NCBI GenBank assembly: GCA_951406725.2
Contig: OX597822.1
Location: forward strand, 68,138,001-68,202,000
DNA from: Octopus vulgaris
Lineage: Eukaryota
Length of the DNA stretch: 64,000 bases
Direction: 5' to 3'
Below are positions 16,313-30,924 of this stretch, piece after piece; the first letter of the stretch is position 1, and the number at the start of each line of letters is the position of its first letter. The notes beneath the pieces were generated by a model. That model had not been told where the DNA came from and ran no database searches. It was given only the letters and a program-made list of their open reading frames with translations. The position numbers were made by a program, and so were the translations under genes.

Positions 16313-16348
<36 letters not shown>

Positions 16349-16373
16349 CATAATAATAATAATAATAATAATA

Positions 16374-16408
<35 letters not shown>

Positions 16409-16513
16409 AATAATAATAATCATAAACATAATAATAATAATCATAATCATAATCATAATAATAATAATCATAATAATAATAATAATCATAATAATAATAA
16501 TCATCATCATCAT

Positions 16514-16593
<80 letters not shown>

Positions 16594-16597
16594 TGAT
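16310..16597. repeat. (AAT)n/(GAT)n microsatellite
   Basis: Direct reading. Confidence 0.95.
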
Positions 16598-17558
16598 GTT
16601 AATACTTGTCTCAAAACATGAAAACAAGAAAGCATCATACTCTGTCACAAAACAGGCAAAGGAATATCTAAGTGAATTCCGAATACAACAAATTTCGGAA
16701 TTAGAGATAGACATACAAGAAACAAGCACAGAAAAAGCTAGGCGCATGAAAACCCGTGCCAAAACTGCGGCCTAAGATATTCTGAATAATAAATGGCAAG
16801 AAAAACCTCTCTATGGCAAATACCCAAAGAGAGCGAATAATGCAGATATCGACAAAGCCCTGACCCATCAATGGCTAATGGCCTCTGGCTTAAAATCTGA
16901 AACAGAGGGGTTTATCATAGCAGCTCAAGATCAATGCCTACCAACAAGAAACTACCAGGCCAACATATTAAAGAACGGCAGTAGCCCAACATGTCGTGTA
17001 TGCCGACAACAAAATGAAACCATTGACCATGTTGTCTCCAAATGCAGTCTTCTAGCCCCTACAGAGTACCTCAGTAGGCATGATAGAGCTACACAATATA
17101 TTCACTGGGTAATTTGCAAAAACCTGGATTTGCCCCATGAAAAAAACTGGTGGGAACACAATCCACCTCCTGTGCTTGAAAATGACCACATCTCACTCCT
17201 CTGGAACTTCACCATTCAAACTGACAGAAAGATAGATGCAAATAGGCCAGACATTATATTGAAAGACTTCAGACAAAGAACATGCCTCCTCATTGATATG
17301 ACTGTCCCAATCGATATAAACGTATCTGTCAAGACCTACCAAAAACTGAGCAAATATAAAGATCTTGAAATAGAAATCAGCAAAATGTGGAAGCTGAAGA
17401 CTAAAACAATACCTGTTGTCATAGGTGCCCTGGCAATGATAGCGAAAGGGACTGATTGCTACCTAACTCAGATACCAGGAAACCCCAAAATGGCAGAAAT
17501 TCAAAAGATAGTGCTCATGGGAACTGCTCATATCCTACGCAAAATACTCTCTATGTAA
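16598..17558 (+). pseudogene. R4/Dong ORF C-terminus: CCHC zinc knuckle and restriction-like endonuclease
   Basis: WQEKPLYGKY, ETEGFIIAAQDQ, CRVC..ETIDHVVSKC, RHD, NRPDI..LIDMTVP..KLSKYKDL, PVVIGAL; one in-frame stop at 16773-16775; RT domain absent. Confidence 0.9.
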
Positions 17559-17781
17559 TCCCAAGGTTTAAAACAAACTTTTTATTTTATTTATTTATTT
17601 ATTTTAAAAAATTTTTTTTAACTATTTATTTTTTATTTTTATGTATTAGACATTCACTAGTACAACACAAAAAAAAAAAACCCAAATATATGGCACAGAA
17701 CTTCCAACCTGTTGTCTCTTGAGGTCTCTGGGTGAGACTTGGAGCCAACTTGTACAGACATAAAGCAAAAGTCAAACATAG
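16598..17781 (+). mobile_element. 5'-truncated R4/Dong-clade non-LTR retrotransposon inserted in (TAA)n
   Basis: ORF remnant plus 3' UTR, flanked on both sides by (TAA)n, the known target of Dong elements. Confidence 0.9.
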
Positions 17782-17800
17782 AATAATAATAATAATAATC

Positions 17801-17872
<72 letters not shown>

Positions 17873-17924
17873 GTAATCATAATCATAATCATAATAATCA
17901 TGATAATAATAATAATAATCATAG

Positions 17925-18470
17925 CCCTGATGCAGTACCAGGCAGTGGCTCTCATGGCTTCTGATCTTAACTGGTTGGAAGTGTCATCATGTACATTGTT
18001 TTGTCTTGGTATAAAAGATGGGCTACAGCAAATATTCTGCTCAATACCACAGATTTGCTTGTCAGTTGTTTGACCTTAACCAGTTGAGCATGTCCCTTAG
18101 TGGCTGACGATATGTGCATCTCTGATCACGAGAGTGGGGGAGCATCATAGCCATGTGTTGAGAGGGATTCTTTGGGGTTTGAATAATTCACCTCTGGAAA
18201 CATGGGTGGTTCTTTCAACATCCTTAAACAACCCTTATTCAGGGACCTTTTGAGCGGGATGGGCTACTCAACCTGAAGAAAATTCTAACTGGGCCCCACC
18301 CGCAAGGTCATGTGCTGTTTATCTTGATATGAGATCACCATGTCGCGCACATATGGTTGTGATGCATGTGCCTGGTGTACCCTTATCAGACGGGTAATCA
18401 TGATGGGTATATTGGGCTTCGTATATTTTACCCCAGTGTCACTTTGATGGCATGCACTGCTTTCTCACTC
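17925..18470 (+). mobile_element. ~550-bp non-coding interspersed element in (TAA)n, copy 1
   Basis: Starts CCCTGATGCAGTACCA and ends GCACTGCT.TCTCACTC-AATAAT; four copies in the window. Confidence 0.85.
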
Positions 18471-18516
18471 AATAATAATAATAATAATCATAATCATAAT
18501 CATAATAATAATAATC

Positions 18517-18587
<71 letters not shown>

Positions 18588-18611
18588 CATCATCATCATC
18601 ATCATTATTAA

Positions 18612-18672
<61 letters not shown>

Positions 18673-18813
18673 GGGTGACAGAGCAGTGCATGCCATCAAA
18701 GTGACACTAGGGTAAAAATATACGAAGCCCAGTATACCCATCATGACTACCCGTCTGATAAGGGTACACCAGGCACATGCATCACAACCATGTGTGCGCG
18801 ACATGTTGATCTC

Positions 18814-18815
<2 letters not shown>
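18673..18815 (-). mobile_element. Same (TAA)n-associated element, 5'-truncated copy
   Basis: Reverse complement of the last ~145 nt of copy 1. Confidence 0.85.
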
Positions 18816-18880
<65 letters not shown>

Positions 18881-19433
18881 CTCTGATGTAGTACCAAGCA
18901 GTGGCTTTCGTGGCTTCTGATCTTAACTGATTGGAAATGTTATCATGTACATTGTTTTGTCTTGGTATAAATGATGGGCTACAGCAAATATTCTGCTCAA
19001 TACCACAGATTTGCTTGTCAGTTGTTTGACCTTAACTAGTTGACCATGTCCCTTAGTGGCTGATGATATGTGCATCTCAGATCACGAGCAGAAGTAGTGG
19101 GGAAGCATCATAGCCATGTCTTGAAAGGGATTCTTTGGGGTTTGAATAATTTACCTCTGGAAACATGGATGTTTCGTTCAACATCCTTAAACAACCCTTA
19201 TTCAGGGACCTTCTCAGCGGAATGGGTTACTCGACTACAAGAAAATTCTAACTGGGCCCCACCTGCAAGGTCGTGTGCTGTTTATCGTGATATGAGATCA
19301 ACATGTCGCGCACACATGGTTGTGCTCATGTGCCTGGTGTACCCTTATCAGACGGGTAGTCATGACGGGTATACTGGGCTTTGTATATTTTTACCCTAGT
19401 GTCACTTTGATGACATGCACTGCTCTGTCACTC
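18881..19433 (+). mobile_element. Same (TAA)n-associated element, copy 3
   Basis: Colinear with copy 1 end to end; flanked by (AAT)n. Confidence 0.85.
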
Positions 19434-19562
19434 AATAATAATAATAATAATAATAATAATAAGTTTTTGATAAGTGCGCCTTTCAGCGAGACGACGTAAA
19501 GCGGAACCAGTTTTGCTAATGACAAAGTTACATTCTCATTCAAATATATGTGTTATAAATAG

Positions 19563-19869
19563 TAGCTGGCACTCCGTCCGTGCCAGTTGATCCGACGAGG
19601 GTCCCAGTTGATCCGATCAACGGAACAGCCTGCTCGTGAAATTAACATGCAAGTGGCTGACCACGCTATAGACACACTGTGCCCTTATCGTAGTTCTCAG
19701 TGAGAATCAGCGTGACACAGAAGTGTGACAAGGCCGGTCCTTTGAAAATACAGGTACAACGGAAACAGGAAGAAAGAGTGAGAGAAAGTTGTGGTGAAAG
19801 AGTACAGCAGGGTTCGCCACCACTCCCTGCCGGAGCCTTGTGGAGCTTTAGGTGTTTTCGCTCAATAAA
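19563..19869 (-). mobile_element. SINE group B body and tail
   Basis: Reverse complement of the 25335-25632 segment. Confidence 0.8.
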
Positions 19870-20099
19870 TACTGGTTTATTGGAAGCAGACAACCTTTCG
19901 TTCGAACCAAGAAGATTGTTTTCATTGGTTTTTCAAGTTGCTCGTACTATTTGTCGGTCGAAACTCTACACGGAGGTGTCGTCGTTTTCCGGTGATGGAG
20001 CTCAGAACGCACTGATTACGAAACAGATATTGCAAGGCACTGCACTAGACAATAAAAATCCCGCCAACCCACAACTCTGTTCGGCAAGTTTTTCATCGA

Positions 20100-20580
20100 C
20101 CACAAGCGGATGAATAGCAAAGTTTACCTCAGTAGGGTTTGAAGTCAGTACGGAGAGTCGGAATAAATAACGCAAGGTATTTCATCCGACTGTCTGTGGA
20201 TTCCACCATTCCCTCGATCGATATCTAGATTGCAGGGAGTCAGATGTTTCGAGATATCAAATCCGACTCACTAAAAATCCCACCAATCTACGCCTCCTAG
20301 TCTGGTACCTTTTTATCGAACGCGAAAGGATGAAACGCAAAGTTGACCTCAGCGAGATTCGGGCTCTGAATGCACAGTGCCGGAACAGATACCGCAATAT
20401 ACACCATCTAAAACACTAACAATTCCGCTAATGCTTTTTCTGAACTGGTACTTTTTTTATAGACCCTGAAAGTATGAAAAGCAAAATTAACCTCAACAGA
20501 GTTTGAACCTGGAACATGAAAACAAATACCGTGAATCATTGAATCCAACACTACATCTACTCTGCCAATTCGGCTCCTTG
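20100..20580 (-). mobile_element. Old SINE group C-like tandem units
   Basis: Degenerate GAAAGGATGAAA.GCAAAGTTGACCTC..GA.TT motifs; part is similar to 16090-16245. Confidence 0.6.
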
Positions 20581-21177
20581 AAACACACCTAAAGGGAGAC
20601 CTTGTCCTTTAATTGTACGAAAATTGCATAAGTAATTTCTATTGACAGACAGTTTTTTTCAATTGTTTTTTATCTCCTAAATATACATATGCGAGACTGT
20701 GGGGTATTTGTATTTAATACATACAACGTTCCCCTGAGTTATATTCCATTAGTCATACAACAATTGAACCATGCGTCTAAAGAAAATAGAACTATTCTGT
20801 CGTTTTTTTTTTATTAAATATGCTGATATATGTAAATAACAAGAAAAATACAAGAATGGCTAAATCATATAAGTATGCTTGCGGTTAAGGTCTAGTTTTC
20901 CAAGATATATATTTATCTGAGTTTGTGAGTACACTTGTTAGTTCGAGTGAGTATGTGTGCGCGCATGTGTGTGTGTGTGTGTGTTCGAAGGAAGGAGGAT
21001 GTACCTGTGTGGGTATGTGATATACAAATATTTCCATAACATTTTCGATGAGTCGTAGGACCAGGTGAAGTACAAACAACATTGTCTCGTGCAGTCGTAT
21101 TGGAAGTATAAGTTCGTATTATACATATACATATAAATACACATGTACGTGTGTGTGTATGCATGAGCATGCGTATG

Positions 21178-21236
<59 letters not shown>

Positions 21237-21324
21237 ATATATACATACATATATATATATATATTCCGTAGTAAGCACATAAATATGAAACAAGGTAGAA
21301 ATAGATAGATAGATAGATAGATAG

Positions 21325-21355
<31 letters not shown>

Positions 21356-21978
21356 TACATTCATATGTGTATGCGTATGTGTTTGTGTATGTGTATGTGC
21401 ATATGCGATGTGTTAATCATGAAAACTATTATACAAAAATTTATACATATATGCAAATAGATATATACATTCATTCATAAACACACTCACACACATACAT
21501 GTATATGCATATACATTCATTCATACACATTCATACATACACATATTTATATATGTATGTATACGTTTATTTAAATAACATATGTGTGTATGTAGGAATT
21601 ATGTGTACGTACGCGCGAGTGTGGTGTGTTTGTGTGTACGCATATATGATTGAATGTGTGAATGTGAATCTCTATGTATATGCAGAAATATTGAGAGAGG
21701 GTGAGTCATCCAGGTATTGCAAGATAAACTACAACGAAATGACAACTATGGCCAGTCAATAAAGATGGAGATGAAGTTATCTACGCGATGAATATATGCA
21801 CAAACACACACATAGATACATATATAATATGTGTGTGCGTGTATGTGCGTGTGTATGTGTGTGTGTGTATAGACATACTTATAACCATATCTCTAAGTGT
21901 GAGAGCATGCGTGTATGATGTATATATAAATGTATATGTACATCTGTCTGGTTGTTGAGTTCTTTACATATATACATG

Positions 21979-22104
<126 letters not shown>

Positions 22105-22290
22105 TATATATATATATGTATGTATATAAGCATATTCCTATGTATATATATACATATACATATACGAATATATATGTATTCAAATACATATATATAAGCA
22201 TACCTATATACATATATATATATATATGTATGTATTTATATATACATATATTTATATGCATGTACATACGTGTGGGTATATATATATGTA

Positions 22291-22353
<63 letters not shown>

Positions 22354-22361
22354 GTCCGACT

Positions 22362-22394
22362 CTGTTGGCAGAGAATCGTTCAATTTAGCAGCCA

Positions 22395-22432
<38 letters not shown>

Positions 22433-22629
22433 GGGGGGGGGTGTATGTATGTATGTTTGTATGCATGTATGTATATATATATTATGTATATTATATATAT
22501 TATATATTATATATGTATATATAACATATTATATATAATATATATATATACATATACATATACATATATATATATACATATACACATATATGACAGTGAC
22601 TGCTAAATTGAACGATTCGCTGCCAACAG
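22362..22629. mobile_element. Pair of outward-facing 37-bp Tc1/mariner-like terminal repeats
   Basis: CTGTTGGCAGAGAATCGTTCAATTTAGCAGCCACTGT (22362-22398) mirrors ACAGTGACTGCTAAATTGAACGATTCGCTGCCAACAG (22593-22629). Confidence 0.6.
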
Positions 22630-23480
22630 GCTTCTCCTTCTGTTATCGAGTTGTTTATATTTTTACATAATATTTCTTATTTTTATTCTTATATGATCGT
22701 TGCGTTCAGATGTTTCACGATTTTCTTGTTTTGTATAGATTGCGTATTTACTATTTCCAGCTTTGCACAATAATACTGTGGCTGACAACAGACTTGTCAG
22801 TTCTGATATGCATTTCCTTAATGGTACACGTTTCAATGTCAGGGTTATATATGTATGTATGCTTGTTTGTGTGCGTGTGTGTTTCTGTGTGTTGTGTGCG
22901 TAATAGAGTTTGTGTGTAGGTGGACGTATAGAAGCGCAACCATTGCTGAGTTGTTGGAAAGCTTATATTGCAAGCATGCGATCTCACGTTCGATCTCAAT
23001 GCTCAGTATCTATATCATATTTGTGCATACGTGAACGTATATAAATGCAGGCATAATCAAGTTATTAAAAATATTTTCTTTTGTTCTAATTTTGTCATTT
23101 TGCAATCATGCAGGCGAGTCTGTACGATAAGAAATTTGCTTCCCTATCACATGGTTCCGAGTTCAGTCCTAATGCGTGACACCTTGGGTAAGTGTTTTCT
23201 ACTATAGCCAGTGGATTTGGTAGTGTTACTCCAGACTGATGAAGAGCAACTACCCTAAAACTAGTCTTTGGATGTTGGCTTCGTTGGATGGAGGTGCTAT
23301 TTTCCCCTGTCTGAAAACTTAAGGACACAGAACGCTTGTGTCACATAGCCAACTAGAAACGGTGTTTCTTGGGGCTAAATAACAGTAGCATTCTTTCCTT
23401 TCCTGGGACTGTCGCATTAAGTTGGCAACAAACCATCATATATATATATATATATATATACTTTATATATATATATATAT

Positions 23481-23556
23481 AAAGCATATTACTCTACCAC
23501 TGGTATTTGAGTACTCTTTTTTCCACCTTGTTTCACATTTATGTGTTTACTCAGGT
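23481..23556 (+). mobile_element. 3' stub of the Penelope-like pLTR family seen at 34860-35097
   Basis: AAAGCATATTACTCTACCACTGGTATTTGAGTACTC..TGTGTTTACT matches the segment starting at 35021; lies in (TA)n. Confidence 0.8.
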
Positions 23557-23574
23557 ATATATATATATATGTCA

Positions 23575-23609
<35 letters not shown>

Positions 23610-24125
23610 TCAGTTATGTGTGTGTTGGCATACATGCGTATAAATATATACACACACATACACACTTATATATATACATATGTATTTATATATATATATA
23701 CAGTTATATACAAACATATACATACACACTTATATATAGGTGTGAGTGAGTGGGTTTGTGTGTGTGTCTATGTCTGTCTGTGTCTGTGTGTGTGGGTGAG
23801 CGCACGCGTAGTTGTAGACAATGATTAAGTATTTCGCCATGACAAGGCCTCGAGTTCGATCACATTTCGTAGCATCTTGGGCAGGTATTTTTTACTGTAA
23901 CTCCTGGTGGTCTCAGTCCTTAACGGATTGTACTCCTTCTCAGAGACTGGGTAATGCTTAATCAATCGGCCCGAGAATTGCGTTAAGGTACATGCTTATT
24001 CGAAATACGGAATCACATGCAAGTTCAAAGGACAGTTACTTGTGTTGAACGAATAACTGAAAACCCATGGGTGACAATTCCAACTTTAATATACACATAC
24101 ATACATACATACATACATACATACA

Positions 24126-24202
<77 letters not shown>

Positions 24203-24204
24203 CA

Positions 24205-24352
24205 CTTTCAGTTCCGTCTATCAAATCCACTCACACGGCTTTGGTCAGCCCGAGGCTATAGTAGAAGACACTTGCCCAAGGTATCACATAGTGGGACTGA
24301 ACCCAGAATCATGTGGTTTGTAAGCTAGCTTCTTATCACACAGCCACTCCTG

Positions 24353-24353
<1 letters not shown>
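24205..24353 (-). mobile_element. SINE group A, 5' half
   Basis: CAAATCCACTCAC..GAAGACACTTGCCCAAG..CACAGCCACTCCTG. Confidence 0.85.
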
Positions 24354-24407
<54 letters not shown>

Positions 24408-24644
24408 CATATACGTACATACATACATACATTAATGTTTGTTATTATGCCAACAATTTGATATTAGAGTGAAGTACTATTCAATACTCTTCGGTAGAAT
24501 ATATGTTTATTAAACATTTGCAGAGATAAATGTGATAGTGACTTCGAAGTTTAGGCTTGCTAGCCTTCGCCAGACAGTGGTAAATATCAGATTTGTGTGC
24601 GTGTTTGTATGCGTGTGTAAAGAGAGTGAACGAAGTAACAGAGA

Positions 24645-24679
<35 letters not shown>

Positions 24680-25248
24680 TACAGAGAGAGACTGACAGAC
24701 AGACAGACAGACAGGCAGACAGACAGACAGACAGACAGACAGGCAGACAGACAGGCAGACAGACAGATAGGCAAACAGACGGGGACAGATAGTTAGTCAT
24801 TCTGCTAGTATTCTCTAAATACTAATTGTAAACACCTAACGCTACTTGGTTTCATAAATAACTATAGTGAATTAATGTCACAATCTGAGCATTCAGCCTC
24901 AGTATAAACCGGTGTAATCATTGTAACCCGACACTCCGCTCTTTTGCCATCCTATTTATTGACTGAGCTGCAGATGTGAAGCGCCTGCAAACGACTTAGA
25001 CTATACGCCATCATCACCGCCACCATCATCACCACCACCATCATCACTATCACCATCATCACCACCATCACCAGCATCACGATCATCACCACCATCATCA
25101 TCATCATCACCATCACCATCATCATTACCACCGTCACCACCATAACCACCATCGCCGCCATCACCACCACCACCACCAACACCATCGGCTGCATTTTCGT
25201 TCTCTACGCGTGTTATTCATTACCACTTTGCCGAGAATCCAGGAACAA

Positions 25249-25632
25249 TGAAGGCGCAATGGCCCAGTCGTTAGGGCAGCCGACTCGCGGTCGTAGGATT
25301 GCGATTTCGATTCTCAGACCGGGCGTTGCGAGTGTTTATTGAACAAAGACACCTAATGATCCACGAGGCTCCGACAGGGGATGGTGGTGGCGAACCCTGC
25401 TGTACTCTTTCACCACAACTTTCACTCACCCTTTCTCCCTGTTTCTGTTGTACTTGTATTTCAAAGGGCCAGCCTTGTCACACTCTGTGTCACGCTGAAT
25501 CTCCCCCGAGAACTACGTTAAAGGTACACATGTCTGTGGAGTGCTTACCCACTTGCACGTTAATTTCACGAGCGGGCTGTTCCGCTGATCGGATCAACTG
25601 GAACCTTCGTCGTCGTAACCGACGGAGTTCCA
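25249..25632 (+). mobile_element. tRNA-derived SINE, group B, full length
   Basis: GAAGGCGCAATGGCCCAGTCGTTAGGGCAGC..TTTCGATTC head; a partial second copy lies at 25767-25929. Confidence 0.85.
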
Positions 25633-26387
25633 CATAGCGGGCACACCGCTTGACAGCGCCACCATTGCTAGCCTTATGCCAAAAAATAGAAATTACTGCT
25701 TGATATTTATCATTGCAAGAAAGAGAATCGCTTTATTTCTAATTTTATTTATTTAGCGGGAACAGAAGAGGCGCAATGGCCGAGTGGTTAGGGCAGCAGA
25801 CTCGCGGTCGTAAGATCGCGGTTTCGATTCCTAGACCGGGTGTTGTGGGTGTTTATTGGGCGAAAACACTTAATGATCCACGAGGTACCGGCAGTGGGTG
25901 GTGACGAATCCTGCTGTATCCTTTCACCAGTTTGTAAAGGAAGCGCATTTGAGTTTGATGGAATGAAATATGTTATGCAGTGTTTATGCTGGTTTGGCGA
26001 TGCAAACAGGAAAAATGGAACTCAAAATATGAGTATATATATATATGTTATCAATATTTAGCAGAAGCAACAGAGTGACTCAAGGACCGTAAGTGTCCTG
26101 CACTAGCGCTTATCAAGCAAGTTATACATGGAGGGGTTGTAAATTTATATGCCAAGTACTAATAATATTTTCCTGGATAGTTCTGGGATACATTATAAAA
26201 GCACAATTACATTATCACGTGGATAATTCATATTTTTCAAATAGTTTTCCCGTTATACCGTTCAATAAGTAAATATATAACGAAGCCAATGAGGAAAGTT
26301 TTTGCGTACTTACACACACATAAATGAAAGAGCTGGTGAATATAAATACAATATACTGCATATATACATATATGCATATACATATAT

Positions 26388-26812
26388 AGGTGCAGGTGTG
26401 GCTGTGTAGCAAGAAGCTTGCTTCCCAACCACATGGTGCTGGGTTCAGTCCCACTGCGTGGCATCTTGGGCAAGTGTCTTCTATTATAACCTAGGGCTGA
26501 CCAAAGCCTTGTGAGTGAATTTGGCAGACAGAAACTGAAAGAAGCCTGTCGTATATATATGTGTGTTTGTGTGTTTGTGTGTGTGTGTATGTGGTGCGCG
26601 CACGCGCGTGTGTGTTTGGGTGTCAGTGTTTGTCCCCCCACCATCACTCGACAACCGACGTTGCTGTGTTTACGCCACCGTAACTTAGCGGTTCGCCAAA
26701 AGAGTTCGATAGAACAGGTACTAGGGTTTGCAAAGAATAAGTCCTGGGGTTGCTTAGTTCGACTAAAGGCGGTGCTCCAGCATGGCTGCAGTCAAATGGC
26801 TGAAACAAATAA

Positions 26813-26815
<3 letters not shown>
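26388..26815 (+). mobile_element. SINE group A
   Basis: Colinear with 877-1291. Confidence 0.9.
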
Positions 26816-26864
<49 letters not shown>

Positions 26865-26964
26865 TTATGTCTATACATATGTAATCTTACACACACATAC
26901 ACACATAAAATATAAATACATAGGCGTCTAAGTGTACCAAAATACACTTACACTATTCATTTAC

Positions 26965-27306
26965 CCTTTTACTCTAGCACCGCCTTTAGTCGAGCAAATC
27001 GACCCCAGGACTTATTCTTTGTAAGCCTAGTACTTATTCTATCAGTCTCTTTTGCCGAACCGTTAGGTTACGGGGACGTAAACACACCAGTATCGGTTGT
27101 CAAGCGATGTTGGGGGGGGGATAAACACAGACACAGAAGCATATACACACACGTACATATATCTATTTCTGTCTACCAAATCCACTCACAAGGTTTTGGA
27201 CGGCCCGAGGCTATAGTAGAAGACACTCGCCCAAGGTTCCACGCAGTAGGACTGAACCCAGAACCATGTAGTTGGTAAGCAAGCTACTTACCACACAGCC
27301 ACTCCT
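26965..27306 (-). mobile_element. SINE group A
   Basis: Reverse complement of the group A pattern. Confidence 0.9.
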
Positions 27307-27874
27307 GTTTAACTAAAATTTCTGTTCATTTTCGTTTTAACTACAGAGACCTAAATATTTTCTCTTCATATTCTCCTACAAAGTACTTGATTTTTTTACT
27401 ATACTGTTTTACAAAATAATATTCGTAATTAATCTTATATAAGCATGTAATATGTGCAGGTTTTTCTTATTGTCACAATGTCATGAGAAAACAGCATATG
27501 ACAATGGTCAGAGCGTGCTCGAAATATAAAAATTATAAAACGAAGCTTTAGATGAAATAGAAGTCGCTTGGGTTTCCTGTAACTTCGCTGTTACTGTTCT
27601 CACACGGTTCTTATTCTCGTTGATATTCCATACTTCACTAGTTTTTTTTTTTATTCTTGTTGCCAATGGTGAGTATTATTCCGCCTGGCGGTATTTGACT
27701 TGCAGTGAGATATACTTCTTTTCAGACTGACTTGGTATTGTGTAGCTGAGTAGAAAGAGAATAAAAAAAAAAACAAATGAAATAACGTAAAATAAAAAAA
27801 ATATATCAAAAAGTGACTGCAGAACTCACAAACAGCGTTTTTAAGAGTTAGCAGGAAAGAAAAATGCATATGCG

Positions 27875-27906
<32 letters not shown>

Positions 27907-27917
27907 GAGAGAGAGAG

Positions 27918-27954
<37 letters not shown>

Positions 27955-28516
27955 TCTTTATCCTTGCGAGATCCATAAAATAAGCAACAGTCGATACCAT
28001 ACGTTCTAGGATCGATTTAATTGAGCAGATCGATGAAGGCATTGCCACAACATGGCCGCGATCCAATGACTGAAACAAGTAAAAGAATATAAGCATATAA
28101 GAATAGAACAGAAAACTTGAACAAATTCAATTAAGACATGTATTGATAAAAGTAGTGGAAATTCAAAAGCGTTCAAAGAAAAAAATATTCATAAATAAAC
28201 AAAAATTATTTTTAAAATACACACTGTGTATAATAGTAAATGTGAACATATTTCAGTTGAATGAAAAGTATTGCAAAAAAAAATAATAATAATATGATGG
28301 GAAAAAATAGAGAGAAAAGGAGATAGAGTAAGACTTTGTGTACGTATGCACGTCTGCACTATCGTCATCTCGCTATCATAATCACCACAACCAGTATTAG
28401 GTAAATACTGGAGAAATTTATATGTGAATGAAAATTTAACAAATTTAAGCGAATTGATATCTCAGCAAAATATAATTTAATAACTAATAGGAAAATATAA
28501 TATATATATATATACG

Positions 28517-28603
<87 letters not shown>

Positions 28604-28699
28604 ATAATAGTTATAACTATAGATGAAATATGAAATGGTTTCACCACGTTAAAAATAAAAAGCAGTGCAATCATGAAGAAGATGAAAAAAATAAAGATG

Positions 28700-29340
<641 letters not shown>

Positions 29341-29543
29341 AACAAAAAAATTTTATATCACAATAAATTTTGAATGTATTTTAGCTTAGAGAAATATCAT
29401 GCGAAAAAGGAAAGTGCAGAAACGACATGATATCGCAATATTTTAAGTATATATATATATATATATATAAGTACAAATTATATGATATATATATATATAC
29501 ATACATATATGTCCATTTATATATATATATATATACACACACA

Positions 29544-29615
<72 letters not shown>

Positions 29616-30924
29616 ATACGTAAATATATAAATGTAAATAAATATATATTATAAGTAAATCGAGGAGAAATGAAAAAGCTATCGTTATATGCATTACCAA
29701 AATAAGAAAACTAAGTTATACACAATATTTTAGCGGGCAGGTATTACTAAAAACGGATCTGAAGTAAGCTTACAAAACACTCACTATAATATAATAACTA
29801 CGTTCAATTACGATGCTATTGCAAAATGCAGAGAAAGAACTGATAATAAAATAACTTATAGATAAAATATGGTAATGGAGTCGTCCTGTAATTTAGGTGA
29901 TATTCTGATTCAGCTTTATTTCCTTGTGTGTATAATATTAAGCTATATAGGTAGTAAGAAAATCTAGAGAGAGATGAACAGCAGATCTTCAGAGAAGAAT
30001 CTCCGCTCATGTAAGTATTTCGGTCTTTAATTCTTTACACTCTAAAGAAGCCAGGCTGCATCCAAGTCATAATTCCTTGATACCGCTCTGATACCGCCAT
30101 TTTCTGTGCTACTACCTTCATTGCAACACTCTGGAGTCATTAATGTCGTCAGAGCCAATATACCTAGGATGTTGTAATCAGTCTAAGACGCCAGTTAACT
30201 GTAGGGTAAATTAGTTTTTGAAATTCACTTACATTCCACTTAACAGACCCAATAACGGCTCTTCTCAGCTGCTTTTGCATTGTCTTGAGAACGCTGATTC
30301 TTTTTCTCCGAGAAATTGAGAGCCGTATCATGAGATCATAGGCTAAATTGCCCTCAAACCTTCACCCACCCGATTCTGTGGATTTTCCCGTTAATGTTGA
30401 CGCACGAGGACCCAGCAGCTTGCTTGTTAGATTATCTACACACATGATTTGTTTTCAGGGGTGAAGGCTTGCATAGGACCAGACACATTTTTGGGAAATG
30501 CTTATAAAAAAGAATCGCTGCAAATATTTTCCACAAACTCAGTGAACAACATACCTCAGGTTTTTCTATTAAGAGTTCTTCATTTCCTTTAACGGGCCTG
30601 GCATTTCATTACGCAAAGTGTCTATAAACATCCAACTTACAAGCAGATTTGGTGCCACCAGTTTAGTCGCCGACAGCCCGACCATGCATACAAGTTGTCC
30701 TGGGCTATATGTTACCAGAAGCATGCAAAAATACAAATTATATGTATATATATAAATATATATAGCGAAGTTATGAGAGGTAATGGTGTCAATAGGACCC
30801 AAAGGTGTCAGGTAATGCTGAGTAAGAGCTATGGACAGACCATAGTTAAGATCCAGGTCCGGTGATTATGCGAATAAGGAGACCATCGTAGTTCATATAT
30901 CAGCATGTGAATATAAAAATTTTC

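Noticed and set aside
30230-30400. Minus-strand exon with GTAAGT donor
   Set aside because: The AAEKSRYWV frame looks more like a decayed REL-LINE C-terminus; too weak to call either way.
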